A DNA stretch of 64,000 nt from Gemmatimonadota bacterium (lineage in GTDB: Bacteria > Gemmatimonadota > Gemmatimonadetes > Longimicrobiales > Gaopeijiaceae), in contig JAPPNM010000177.1 of assembly GCA_028873825.1 (NCBI GenBank), positions 4,212 through 68,211 on the forward strand, in the 5' to 3' direction. The position numbers and the translations under genes are program-made. The notes beneath the pieces were generated by a model. That model was not told the origin of the DNA and ran no database searches. It saw only the letters and a program-made list of their open reading frames with translations. Of the stretch, positions 9,501 through 17,226 are shown piece after piece. How positions within the stretch are numbered: the stretch's first letter is position 1; every line of letters begins with the position of its first letter.

Positions 9501-10016
9501 GTTGGGGCGCAGTTGGCGGCCATCGAGGAGCAGCGCAGCCTGCTTGAGGCGACCGACCACGTTTCGCCGCGTCTGGCGAGGGTGGCCGGGGCGTTGAGGA
9601 CGGAGCTGGGGGCGCGGCACGGGGAGCTTGGTGAGGCGGTGGTGCGGGCCGTGGACGGGTTGGACTCCGATGCGACGTGGGCGAAGCTGGACGAGACGGT
9701 TCGGGCGGAGATTCTTGGTGTGGTGGGTTTGGTGATGCCGTCGCCGCTCGCGGTCGAAACGGACGAGGCGCTGAGGCGGGAGCTGGACCGGCGTGGGCTG
9801 GCGGCGTGGCGTTCGGAGATCGATGCGGTGCAGGTGCGGGCGGGGAGGGCGCTGGGGGAGGCGGCGGGGCGGTTGGGTGGGGAGGAGACGCCGGTGAACT
9901 ACGTGAACGTGCGCCTCGGCACGTTGAAGGACGAGGAAGCCGTTCAGCGGTGGGTTGCGGAGCATAGGGGCAAGCTTACTGAGGCGGTCCGCAAGGGGCC
10001 GGTGATAGTGCGGTGA
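6540..10016 (+). CDS. brxC: BREX ATPase BrxC/PglY (DUF499-type P-loop)
   Basis: 1158 aa. Walker A motif GFFGSGKSHLLK near residue 80, Walker B-like VLVLDEVQQY. Alternative ATG at 6549. Confidence 0.85.
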   Translation: MPRMKIHELLDRDPLQVRLANNGQARITGGTDPRVMRELRAELETFVCTGRFADALQRILERYLAHLDAPRQDAVWVSGFFGSGKSHLLKMLAHLWEDTKFDDGATARGLVAGRLPSEVGDALRELEVRARRIGRPPVAAAGSLLGGTIGHVRLSVLAVLLRARGFPEQYPQARFCFWLRQNGLLDRVRGAVDAEGRSWEGELHNLYVSPVIANALIEADPTFAADVKAARQLLFQQFPPPKTDITTDEFVTAAKQVLAPDGEIPPTVLVLDEVQQYINEAQDRSATITELAEALQTRFDSRVLLVASGQSALSAGTTALQWLSDRFRTSVQLTDAEVEAVTREVLLRKRPTATPAVERMFEDHAGEVSRHLGGTRLAVRPEDTDNNVGDYPLLRTRRRFWEECFRAADPSGTQSQLRSQLRILYDSLQEVAEEPLGTVIRASDLFRALAADLVGADVLLNEINTRIAKLDDGTPEGTLMADLCGLVFLIGKLPRQDAVDLGVRANAGTLADLLVKEITSDSGPFRHTVAVELEKLADEGVLMKVADEYRIQTTEGADWERAFREERTALGRNEVEVAARREQLLRGAVQEIVGQVRPVHGEAKIRRRVELRLHGDPDPAGSNAVGVRLGDEWSVSWAQVRDEALKRGMEDPVLHMHLPKQSAEELRRHIVAVEAARRVMDHRGTPASREGQEARTSMKSRLEGSEAARNEIVRTIVRSARVLQSGGAEIYGEDLVSKLRTGADKSLCRLFPHFTEGDHRAWQPALKRAREGSGEPFKAVGWTGPVSEHPVSKRVLAVVGVAAQGSAVRRTLESAPYGWPRDAIDAALVALHRDGHLRAERNGRPLATAQLDQTAISKARFRPEKVRLTTGQRVELRGLFGKLGVRARSGEEEEGGRRFLVALAELAARAGGEPPLPAVPGTGVVDGISQLTGNEQLAAMLEHREEIEGAIGEWGGLAERAEGRLGRWKLAKALHRHARGELEIAEVVGAQLAAIEEQRSLLEATDHVSPRLARVAGALRTELGARHGELGEAVVRAVDGLDSDATWAKLDETVRAEILGVVGLVMPSPLAVETDEALRRELDRRGLAAWRSEIDAVQVRAGRALGEAAGRLGGEETPVNYVNVRLGTLKDEEAVQRWVAEHRGKLTEAVRKGPVIVR

Positions 10017-10855
10017 GGAACTCGATCTCTTCCACGCCTCCGCGCAGGGTGCGAGCCGGCGCGGTCAGGACCATGCCGACCGAACTCTGGACCATCCCGT
10101 CGGCAACGGTGAACGAGATCGACATGGAGGCGTTCGACTCGTTCACCCGGGCGCGGAGCGGGCACCCGGAGGGCGGCACGCGACCAGGAACCGACGAGGA
10201 TCTACGCGACGCCTCGGTGTGTGTGGAAGTGGACGGCATTCTGCGCCCGACCTTCTACGGTCTGACGGTCTTCGGCAGAGGGCCGCAACGGTATTCTGGA
10301 ACCCTCAGCCTGTTCGTTCAGTGCGCCCGGTATGCGGGGCTCGATCGCGCCGCCAGGCCGATCAGCGTGGGGGAGGCCAAGGGGAGGCTCGAGGACCAGA
10401 TCGACAGGGCGATGGGGTGGTTCCGCAGCCTCGGGCGCCGGGAGGAGTACCACGGCATCCTTCGCGAGGACATACCGCTCATGCCGGAGTGGGTCCTCCG
10501 CGAGGCCCTGGTGAATGCCGTCGTCCACCGCGACTACGCGGAGCGCGGATCGAAGATCCTCCTGGAGGTCTTCAGCGACCGCATCGAGGTCTCCAGTCCG
10601 GGAACTCTGCCACACGACATCACGGTCGCGCAGGCGATCGGGGGCGGTGCCCCGCAGCCACGCAACGAGATGATGGCCAACGCGATGGTCGTGCAGGGGC
10701 GGATGCGGGGGAGGGGGAGGGGATGGCCGCTGATGCGGAAGGAGATGCGCGAGTTCAACGGGACGGAGCCCGAACTCATCAACGAGGTGGCAGGGAGATA
10801 TGTGCGGGTGAGGTTCCTGACGCCATTGGGAAAGGAAGCCGGGAGCAGCCGATGA
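10013..10855 (+). CDS. COG2865-family protein lacking the AlbA_2 N-domain (HATPase_c_4-like core only)
   Basis: The GTG at 10013 overlaps the brxC stop (GTGA). Contains the motif LREALVNAVVHRDY. Colinear with the C-terminal half of the 23172 gene: RPTFYGLTVFG vs RPTLYGLLAFG, and GRGRGWPLM vs KRGRGWLLM. The true start is uncertain. Confidence 0.6.
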   Translation: MRNSISSTPPRRVRAGAVRTMPTELWTIPSATVNEIDMEAFDSFTRARSGHPEGGTRPGTDEDLRDASVCVEVDGILRPTFYGLTVFGRGPQRYSGTLSLFVQCARYAGLDRAARPISVGEAKGRLEDQIDRAMGWFRSLGRREEYHGILREDIPLMPEWVLREALVNAVVHRDYAERGSKILLEVFSDRIEVSSPGTLPHDITVAQAIGGGAPQPRNEMMANAMVVQGRMRGRGRGWPLMRKEMREFNGTEPELINEVAGRYVRVRFLTPLGKEAGSSR

Positions 10856-10950
10856 GCGATCAGTCAGCCAACGAACACGGCAGTCCGGTGACATTCCGGT
10901 TCTCGAACATCGGCGCGCAGCCCTTCCGAGGTCCCTTGGGGAGCACATAG
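10852..10950 (+). pseudogene. 32-codon stub resembling the N-terminus of the following ATPase
   Basis: MSDQSANEHGSPVTFRFSNIGAQPF... compared with ...ASAVTFRFANLGPVREA of the 10952 gene. ATGA overlap with the preceding gene. TAG at 10948-10950. Confidence 0.45.
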
Positions 10951-10951
10951 A

Positions 10952-12412
10952 ATGAGTCGCCGAAGACAGGCAGGGCCCGCGAACTCGCAGTCCGCCGTCC
11001 CGGACGCGAGCGCCGTGACCTTCCGTTTCGCCAACCTGGGACCGGTCAGGGAGGCGTCCCTCCGCCCCGGTCGGCTGACCGTCGTCGCGGGACGCAACAA
11101 CACCGGGAAAACCTACATCGCGCACATGCTCTTCGGGTTTCTGCAGGCCTGGCGGCAGTGGCCCGGCGCGCTGGACACGATTCTGGAGCACCCGCGGGTC
11201 TTTCCCGACGTCCTCGCGGCCGCCGAGTCGCTGTTCGAGCGTGGCCGCGCGGTGATTCCGCTGGGCGACGCCTCGATCTTCGAACAGAGGCGGCTGCTCG
11301 CTGGCGAGCTTGGACGGGCCTTCTCGGAGCGGAACATGTCAGGGGTCATGGGATCGCGCGGGAACCGCTTCAAGGGCGCGACCCTGTCCCTTGCCGTCGA
11401 CGAGCGGGAGTTGCCGCCGGTGTTCTCGAACGCGCGCGTCCGCTTCGACGACGCCACGCTGGACGTGGGACGGGTCGGGAACAACGCGGTGATCTCGATC
11501 GACGAGGCGGAACGCGACGACCCCGATTTCGCGGCGCTGCCCGACTGGACGGCGACCGCCTACTGCTTCTTCCTCCTCCACGACCTGCTGCCTCCCCCCG
11601 TCGCACTGTCGGCGGACCGCGTCGGCATTTCCCTGTTCGCCGAGGATCTCGACTTCATGAAGGACCGGCTCGTGGATCTCCTGGTCGAGAGGGTGAACAA
11701 CGCCGGCGCCCAACCCGACCGCCCCTTCCTCGTAGTCGGCGACATCCCTGGCCGGTACGCCCTTCCCGTCCTCGAGAACATCGACTCCACGCGGCGGATG
11801 TCCACGCTGCCCCGTCGTGGCGATCTCGTCTCCGGCCAAGCGATTGCGGACGACATCAAGCGGATGACGGGGGGGTATTTCAGTCACGCCCGGGATCCGA
11901 TTCGGTTCATATCGCAGAAGCGCGACGGGAAGTTCAATGTCCCGCTTCGCCTGGCCTCGTCGTCGGCCCGGGCAATGGCCGACCTCTACTTCTTCGCCAG
12001 GTACGCCTCGGTCGGCAGGGAGTTCCTGATCATAGACACTCCGGAGAGCCACCTCGACACCGAGAACCAGGTGACTCTCGCCCGTGTGCTGGCGGGGCTG
12101 GTCCGCGAAGGCCTGCACCTGCTGATCACGACCCACAGCCCCTTTCTGCTCAAGGAGCTCAACAACCTGATCATGCTCCACGGAGACTCGCTCAAGAAGC
12201 TCGACCTCGCCCGCTCGCTGGGCTACAATCCCCGCGACGGGCTCGATCCGCGACTGGTTCGGGCCTACGTCGCCGAGGACGGCGGCCTCACGCCGGCCAG
12301 GGTCGACGACTTCGGCATCAGCCTGCCCTTCCTCGACGAGGTCGCGCGGGAAGTCTCCCGTGCGGCGGAACTGCTGGGCGATCTGGTGCGCGAGGAGGCG
12401 CGGGGCGAGTGA
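10952..12412 (+). CDS. ABC/AAA_15-AAA_21-type ATPase (OLD/abortive-infection-like ATPase without a visible nuclease domain)
   Basis: Walker A GRNNTGKTY, signature-like LASSSARAM, Walker B FLIIDTPESHLD, and the H-loop region LITTHSPFLL. Confidence 0.75.
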   Translation: MSRRRQAGPANSQSAVPDASAVTFRFANLGPVREASLRPGRLTVVAGRNNTGKTYIAHMLFGFLQAWRQWPGALDTILEHPRVFPDVLAAAESLFERGRAVIPLGDASIFEQRRLLAGELGRAFSERNMSGVMGSRGNRFKGATLSLAVDERELPPVFSNARVRFDDATLDVGRVGNNAVISIDEAERDDPDFAALPDWTATAYCFFLLHDLLPPPVALSADRVGISLFAEDLDFMKDRLVDLLVERVNNAGAQPDRPFLVVGDIPGRYALPVLENIDSTRRMSTLPRRGDLVSGQAIADDIKRMTGGYFSHARDPIRFISQKRDGKFNVPLRLASSSARAMADLYFFARYASVGREFLIIDTPESHLDTENQVTLARVLAGLVREGLHLLITTHSPFLLKELNNLIMLHGDSLKKLDLARSLGYNPRDGLDPRLVRAYVAEDGGLTPARVDDFGISLPFLDEVAREVSRAAELLGDLVREEARGE

Positions 12413-12432
12413 GGATGATTCCCGAAACGCAA

Positions 12433-12462
12433 GAGCCCCGAGGACGAAACGCCTCGGGGCTC
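12433..12462 (+). terminator. GC-rich hairpin after the ATPase gene
   Basis: GAGCCCCGAGG-ACGAAACG-CCTCGGGGCTC: an 11-bp perfect stem starting 21 nt after the stop. No clear U-tract follows. Confidence 0.45.
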
Positions 12463-12572
12463 CTACCTCAGCGTCTTGCTGCGCCCGAAGGCGTGTGCAG
12501 TAGAGGACGACCTGAGGAATTACACCAGGAGCATCGTCGATTCCCGCTCAGGACGCAACTCGCGGAGCTGCG

Positions 12573-13286
12573 ATGCTATCCATCGGAAGCCTTCGAAGTG
12601 CCCTCTCGGCGGAGCGGCTGGGTGCCTACGTCCGGCCAGGGGACACCGACGAAGTGGACAGCGTGGCCAGGTACCTGTGGAACTTGGCGCTGTGTAGCGC
12701 CCTCCAACCGGCGCTCCACATCCTTGAGGTCACCGTCCGGAACCACCTCTTCAAGGTTTCCAGAAGGATCGTGGATGAGACCACGCTCAGTTTCGACAGG
12801 ATTCCTTGTTGGCTCGACGCACGACCCTCGCTCCTTGCCGAACGCGAGCGTCAGGCCGTCGAGGAGGCGAAGGCCACGATCGAGATGCGGGGGAGTCCGA
12901 TGACCGAGGGACGGCTGGTTTCGGCACTGGGGTTTGGTTTCTGGGTCAGCCTGTGCAAGAGGCCGTACGAGCAGGGGCGCACTGTCGGGCCGCGTCTTTG
13001 GCCCGGACTGGCGAGGAAGGGATTTCCGCATCTGCCCAAACCGATGCGGACACGCAGTCAGGTATTCCACGCCTTGGATCCGCTCCGCGACCTGCGTATC
13101 CGCGTCTCGCACCATCAAGCCGTCCGGGACCGGAGGCTCGCGCGAAGCCATCAGGACATCCTCGACACCATTGCCTGGATCAACCGCGATCTGGCGGCAA
13201 CGCTAGAGGCACACTCGCCGCTCCCGGCAATACTCGGCAAGGGCGTGGCCGGCTTCCGGGCTCAGGCCGAGGCGATCATCAGGTGA
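12573..13286 (+). CDS. Abi_2 (AbiD/AbiF-like) abortive-infection family protein
   Basis: Contains LSAERLGAYV, ARYLWNLALCSALQPALHILEVTVRNHL, GFGFWVSL and DLRIRVSHHQAV. This is the pattern recalled for Pfam Abi_2. Confidence 0.7.
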   Translation: MLSIGSLRSALSAERLGAYVRPGDTDEVDSVARYLWNLALCSALQPALHILEVTVRNHLFKVSRRIVDETTLSFDRIPCWLDARPSLLAERERQAVEEAKATIEMRGSPMTEGRLVSALGFGFWVSLCKRPYEQGRTVGPRLWPGLARKGFPHLPKPMRTRSQVFHALDPLRDLRIRVSHHQAVRDRRLARSHQDILDTIAWINRDLAATLEAHSPLPAILGKGVAGFRAQAEAIIR

Positions 13287-13300
13287 CCTCGGAACCTCGA

Positions 13301-13570
13301 ATGACCAGGGTCACCGCCACGGAACTGCGGGTCGCGATCTCCGACCTCCTCGACCGCGTGGCCCGTCACGGCGAGCGGGTTGTGGTCGAGCGGTATGGGA
13401 AGCGGGTGGCCGCCCTCGTCAGCCCGGAGGACATCGAGCTGCTGGAAGCAATCGAGGACCGCGTGGACATCGAGGCGGCCCTGCAGGCGCTGAGGGAGCC
13501 CGGTCGGCGGAGTTGGCCCAAGGTGAAGGCCGAGTTGGCTCCGCATCGCCCTGAGGGTGAGCGACGATGA
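13301..13570 (+). CDS. Phd/YefM-family antitoxin-like protein (no cognate toxin gene)
   Basis: MTRVTATELRVAISDLLDRVARHGERVVVERYGKRVAALVSPEDIELLEAIED... Starts 14 nt after Abi_2. Its stop overlaps the pglX ATG (ATGA at 13567-13570). Confidence 0.7.
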   Translation: MTRVTATELRVAISDLLDRVARHGERVVVERYGKRVAALVSPEDIELLEAIEDRVDIEAALQALREPGRRSWPKVKAELAPHRPEGERR

Positions 13571-16500
13571 CCCCCCTCCCCCCCGACCTCCGCACCCTCC
13601 TCGCCAGGGCCATCCAGCAGGCCAGGCGCGTCGGGGAATCAGGCGCCCGTCAAGCCCTCCAATCCCTCGCCGTGGACCGCGCCAGGCCTTTCGACTCCAT
13701 GTCGCTCGGCGACAAGTCGCTCCGCAACCGCCTCCGCATGCGCGGCCGCCAAGCTGGCGACCGCCGCGAGCGCCGGACCGGCACGCAGAACCTCGTCCAT
13801 CTCGCCCACGAAGTTGCATACGAGAACTGGCACCGGATGCTCTTCGCCCGGTTCCTGGCCGAAAACGGCCTGCTCCGCGATCCCGAACACGGGGTCGACC
13901 TGTCGCTGGACGACTGCCGGGACCTGGCCGAGGAAGAAGGCACCGACGCCTGGGATTTCGCGGGCCGGTGCGCCGGACACATGCTCCCGGAGATCTTCCG
14001 CGGCGACGATCCGGTGCTCGACCTGTCTCTGCCGCCGGAGACGCGGCAGGAGCTCGAAGGGCTGCTGGACGGGCTGCCCGAGGCCGTGTTCGCGGCCCCC
14101 GACTCGCTGGGCTGGACCTACCAGTTCTGGCAGGCCGAGCGGAAGGAGGAAGTCAACCGGGAGGTCAAGAGCGGCAGGAAGATCGGAGCGGACGAACTCC
14201 CGGCGGTCACCCAGCTCTTCACCGAGACCTACATGGTCCGCTTCCTGCTTCACAACACCATCGGCGCCTGGCGCGCGGGCAGGCTGCTGGCCGACCGCCC
14301 CGACCTGGCCGGGAGTGCCTATGACGAGGAAGAGCTACGGCAGCTCGCACGCCTCGACACCGCCGGCGGCTACGACTTCTCCTACCTGCGCTTCGTGCGC
14401 GGCGTCCGCGAGGAGGACGAGGACGACTCACGCACGGGCCCTTGGCGTCCGGCCGCCGGATCCTTCCCGGACTGGCCCCGCGACGCTTCGGCCCTCCGCG
14501 TGCTCGACCCCTGTTGCGGCAGCGGCCACTTCCTCGTCGAGGCGTTCGAGCTGCTCGTGCGCCTGCGCATGGCCGAGGAGGGCGTGCAGGCCGACGAGGC
14601 AATCCGCCGCGTGCTCGCGGACAACCTCTTCGGCCTGGAGATCGACCCCCGCTGCACACAGATCGCCGCGTTCAACCTGGCTCTCGCGGCGTGGCGTCTG
14701 GCGGGGGAGCCCATCGACCTGCCGCCGCTCAACGTGGCATGCGCGGGACTCGCGCCGAACGCGTCGGAGGCCGAGTGGCGGGAGCTTGCGGAGCGGGCCG
14801 AGGGCGCGACCGGACTGGCCGGGGACCGTGACCTCTTCGGGGAGGACCAATCGCTGGCGAGCGGTTCGCTCAAGGACGAGATGGCCGCGCTGCACAAGCT
14901 GTTCAGACGGGCCCCGGAGCTCGGATCGCTGCTGGACCCGGGTTCCGTGGGACGCGACCTCTTCAGCGCCGACTTCAAGTCCGTCGCGAAGCTGCTCGAC
15001 ATCGCGATTGGGCGGGAGCGGGGGGTCGCGGGACGCGACGAGCGCGCCGTGGCGGCCGCGGGGATGGCCCGGGCCGCGGAGATCCTGCAGGGGCGGTACA
15101 CGCTCGTCGTCACCAACGTGCCGTTCCTGGCGCGGGGGAAGCAGGGGAGCGGGCTGCGCACGTTCGCGGAGGCGCACCACGGCGACGCCAAGGGGGATCT
15201 GGCCACGATGTTCGTGTCGCGGATCTTCGGGTGGCTCGGCAAGGGCGGAACGCAGGCGGTCGTGTCGCCGCAGAACTGGCTGTTCCTGAAGACCTACCGG
15301 AAGCTGCGCGAGAGGTTGTTGAAGGGGCGGACGTGGAATCTGGTGGCCCGGTTGGGTCCCGGTGCCTTCGAGACGGTCTCGGGGGAGGTGGTCAATGTCG
15401 CACTCGATGTCATTTCGGCCGGGCGTCCGGATCGTGACTGGGAGATGGCGGGGGTGGACGTGTCGTCTCCTCGGGGGCAGCGCCAGATCAAGGCTGCCGA
15501 GAAGGGGGAGAGGTTGCGGGGGGCGGCGGGGGTGGTGATGGCGGGGCAGGGGGAGCAGGTGAGAAATCCGGATTCGGCCGTGTTGATGCGGCCGATTGGG
15601 GATCGGGTGTTATTAGGAAACGTGGCTCACGGTCACCAGGGCATCGCATCCGCCGACTATCCTTCCTTTGGCAGACTATTCTGGGAGATTCCAACGGATG
15701 GCGAGACGTGGGTGTTCCAACAGAGCACGGTCAACGATACTACGGATTTCGGGGGACGAGAGCATGTCCTGCACTGGACGGGCGTCGCAGAAGTTGCCGA
15801 ACGACAAGTCGCACCTGGCGGCCGTAAAGCGGTACGTATACGAGGGGGCGGGATTTGGAGCCGTGAAGGCATCGCCGTCTCCCAGATCGGGCAGCTCCCC
15901 GTAACCCGTTACACCGGGGAGAAGTTCGACAACAACACGGCTGCGCTCGGCCCCCTCGCCGAAGACATCCTCCCCGCCGTCTGGTGCTTCTGCTCCTCGC
16001 CTGACTACGCAGCCGCAGTCCGTGAGATCGACCACGCGCTGAAAGTCACTAACGCGACCCTCGTCAAGGTCCCCTTCGACCTTGAACACTGGAAGCAGAT
16101 CGCCGCCGAGCAATATCCGCACGGCCTCCCGGAACCCTACTCCGACGACCCCACGCAGTGGATCTTCCACGGCGACCCGTGCCGTAGCGTCGTGTGGAAC
16201 GAAGAGACCAAACGCACCGACCACGCGCCCCCTCGCATTGACGCCACCGTTCTCCATGTCGCCGTCGCCCGCCTCCTCGGCTACCGCTGGCCCGCCGAAC
16301 TCGACCCCGACATGCGTCTCGCCTCCGAGCAGCGCGATGTCGCCGACGACTGCCGGGCGTTCGACGACTTCGCCGATCCCGACGGCATCGTCTGCCTGCC
16401 CGCCGTCCGTGGGGAACCGCCCGCCGCCGACCGTCTCCGCTCTCTGCTGGCCTCCGCGTACGGGGACGAGTGGTCCGCCGCCACCGAGCGCGCCCTGCTG

Positions 16501-17226
16501 ACGGCCACCAGCCCCAAGCGGCCCAAGTCATTGGAGGACTGGCTCCGCAACCGTTTCTTTCAGGAACACTGCAAGCTCTTCCACAACCGTCCCTTCCTCT
16601 GGCACGTCTGGGATGGCCGCAAGGACGGCTTCCACGCGCTCGTCAACTACCACCGGCTCGCTGGGCCAGAAGGCCAAGGCCGCCGGACCCTGGAATCCCT
16701 CACCTACGCCTACCTCAACGAGTGGATTGAGCGCCAGCGCGCGGAAAGCGAGGAGGGAACACCCGGAGCGGACGGACGCGTAGCGGCCGCACTCGACCTC
16801 CAGCAGCAACTCCAGCGCATCCTCACTGGCGAGCCTCCGTGCGACATCTTCGTGCGCTGGCGACCGCTGCACGGCCAAGCCATCGGCTGGGAGCCCAACA
16901 TCAACGACGGAGTGCGCCTGAACATCCGGCCCTTCATGCGCGCGGAGCTACGCACGGGCGGCCGCGCGGGTGCGGGCCTGCTGCGGTGGAAGCCCAACGT
17001 CAAGTGGGGAAAGGACCGGGGCAAGGAACCTGAGTCACCGAGGCCACGCGACGACTTCCCTTGGTTCTGTCGCTGTCCGGGTGGCGGTGGTGAGGCGGAG
17101 CGGATCGACTTCCGGGCCGCGCTCGACGCCGACTTTGATGGGAATCGCTGGAACAATCTTCACTATTCAGCGTCGTGCAAGAACGCGGCTCGACAACGGT
17201 TAAGTGACCAAGGAACAACATCATGA
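13567..17226 (+). CDS. pglX: BREX adenine-specific DNA methyltransferase PglX
   Basis: 1219 aa. SAM motif I VLDPCCGSGHFLV. Catalytic motif IV-like VVTNVPFLARG. N-terminal ...EVAYENWHRMLFARFLAENGLL. Position between brxC and pglZ. Confidence 0.9.
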   Translation: MTPLPPDLRTLLARAIQQARRVGESGARQALQSLAVDRARPFDSMSLGDKSLRNRLRMRGRQAGDRRERRTGTQNLVHLAHEVAYENWHRMLFARFLAENGLLRDPEHGVDLSLDDCRDLAEEEGTDAWDFAGRCAGHMLPEIFRGDDPVLDLSLPPETRQELEGLLDGLPEAVFAAPDSLGWTYQFWQAERKEEVNREVKSGRKIGADELPAVTQLFTETYMVRFLLHNTIGAWRAGRLLADRPDLAGSAYDEEELRQLARLDTAGGYDFSYLRFVRGVREEDEDDSRTGPWRPAAGSFPDWPRDASALRVLDPCCGSGHFLVEAFELLVRLRMAEEGVQADEAIRRVLADNLFGLEIDPRCTQIAAFNLALAAWRLAGEPIDLPPLNVACAGLAPNASEAEWRELAERAEGATGLAGDRDLFGEDQSLASGSLKDEMAALHKLFRRAPELGSLLDPGSVGRDLFSADFKSVAKLLDIAIGRERGVAGRDERAVAAAGMARAAEILQGRYTLVVTNVPFLARGKQGSGLRTFAEAHHGDAKGDLATMFVSRIFGWLGKGGTQAVVSPQNWLFLKTYRKLRERLLKGRTWNLVARLGPGAFETVSGEVVNVALDVISAGRPDRDWEMAGVDVSSPRGQRQIKAAEKGERLRGAAGVVMAGQGEQVRNPDSAVLMRPIGDRVLLGNVAHGHQGIASADYPSFGRLFWEIPTDGETWVFQQSTVNDTTDFGGREHVLHWTGVAEVAERQVAPGGRKAVRIRGGGIWSREGIAVSQIGQLPVTRYTGEKFDNNTAALGPLAEDILPAVWCFCSSPDYAAAVREIDHALKVTNATLVKVPFDLEHWKQIAAEQYPHGLPEPYSDDPTQWIFHGDPCRSVVWNEETKRTDHAPPRIDATVLHVAVARLLGYRWPAELDPDMRLASEQRDVADDCRAFDDFADPDGIVCLPAVRGEPPAADRLRSLLASAYGDEWSAATERALLTATSPKRPKSLEDWLRNRFFQEHCKLFHNRPFLWHVWDGRKDGFHALVNYHRLAGPEGQGRRTLESLTYAYLNEWIERQRAESEEGTPGADGRVAAALDLQQQLQRILTGEPPCDIFVRWRPLHGQAIGWEPNINDGVRLNIRPFMRAELRTGGRAGAGLLRWKPNVKWGKDRGKEPESPRPRDDFPWFCRCPGGGGEAERIDFRAALDADFDGNRWNNLHYSASCKNAARQRLSDQGTTS

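Noticed and set aside
6474-9965. 1163-aa minus-strand ORF antisense to brxC. Similar giants occur at 100..1698(+), 2965..5127(-), 43145..45391(-), 45061..47286(-), 55495..58038(-), 43222..45513(+) and 45972..47993(+).
   Set aside because: These are Arg/Pro/Gly/His-rich low-complexity translations lying opposite to, or out of frame with, genes that have clear family motifs. They are typical stop-codon-poor shadow ORFs of high-GC DNA.
13557-14324. Alternative-frame ORFs over the pglX 5' end, and similar ones over the pglZ, brxL and tol genes.
   Set aside because: They are out of frame with confidently identified genes and have low-complexity composition.
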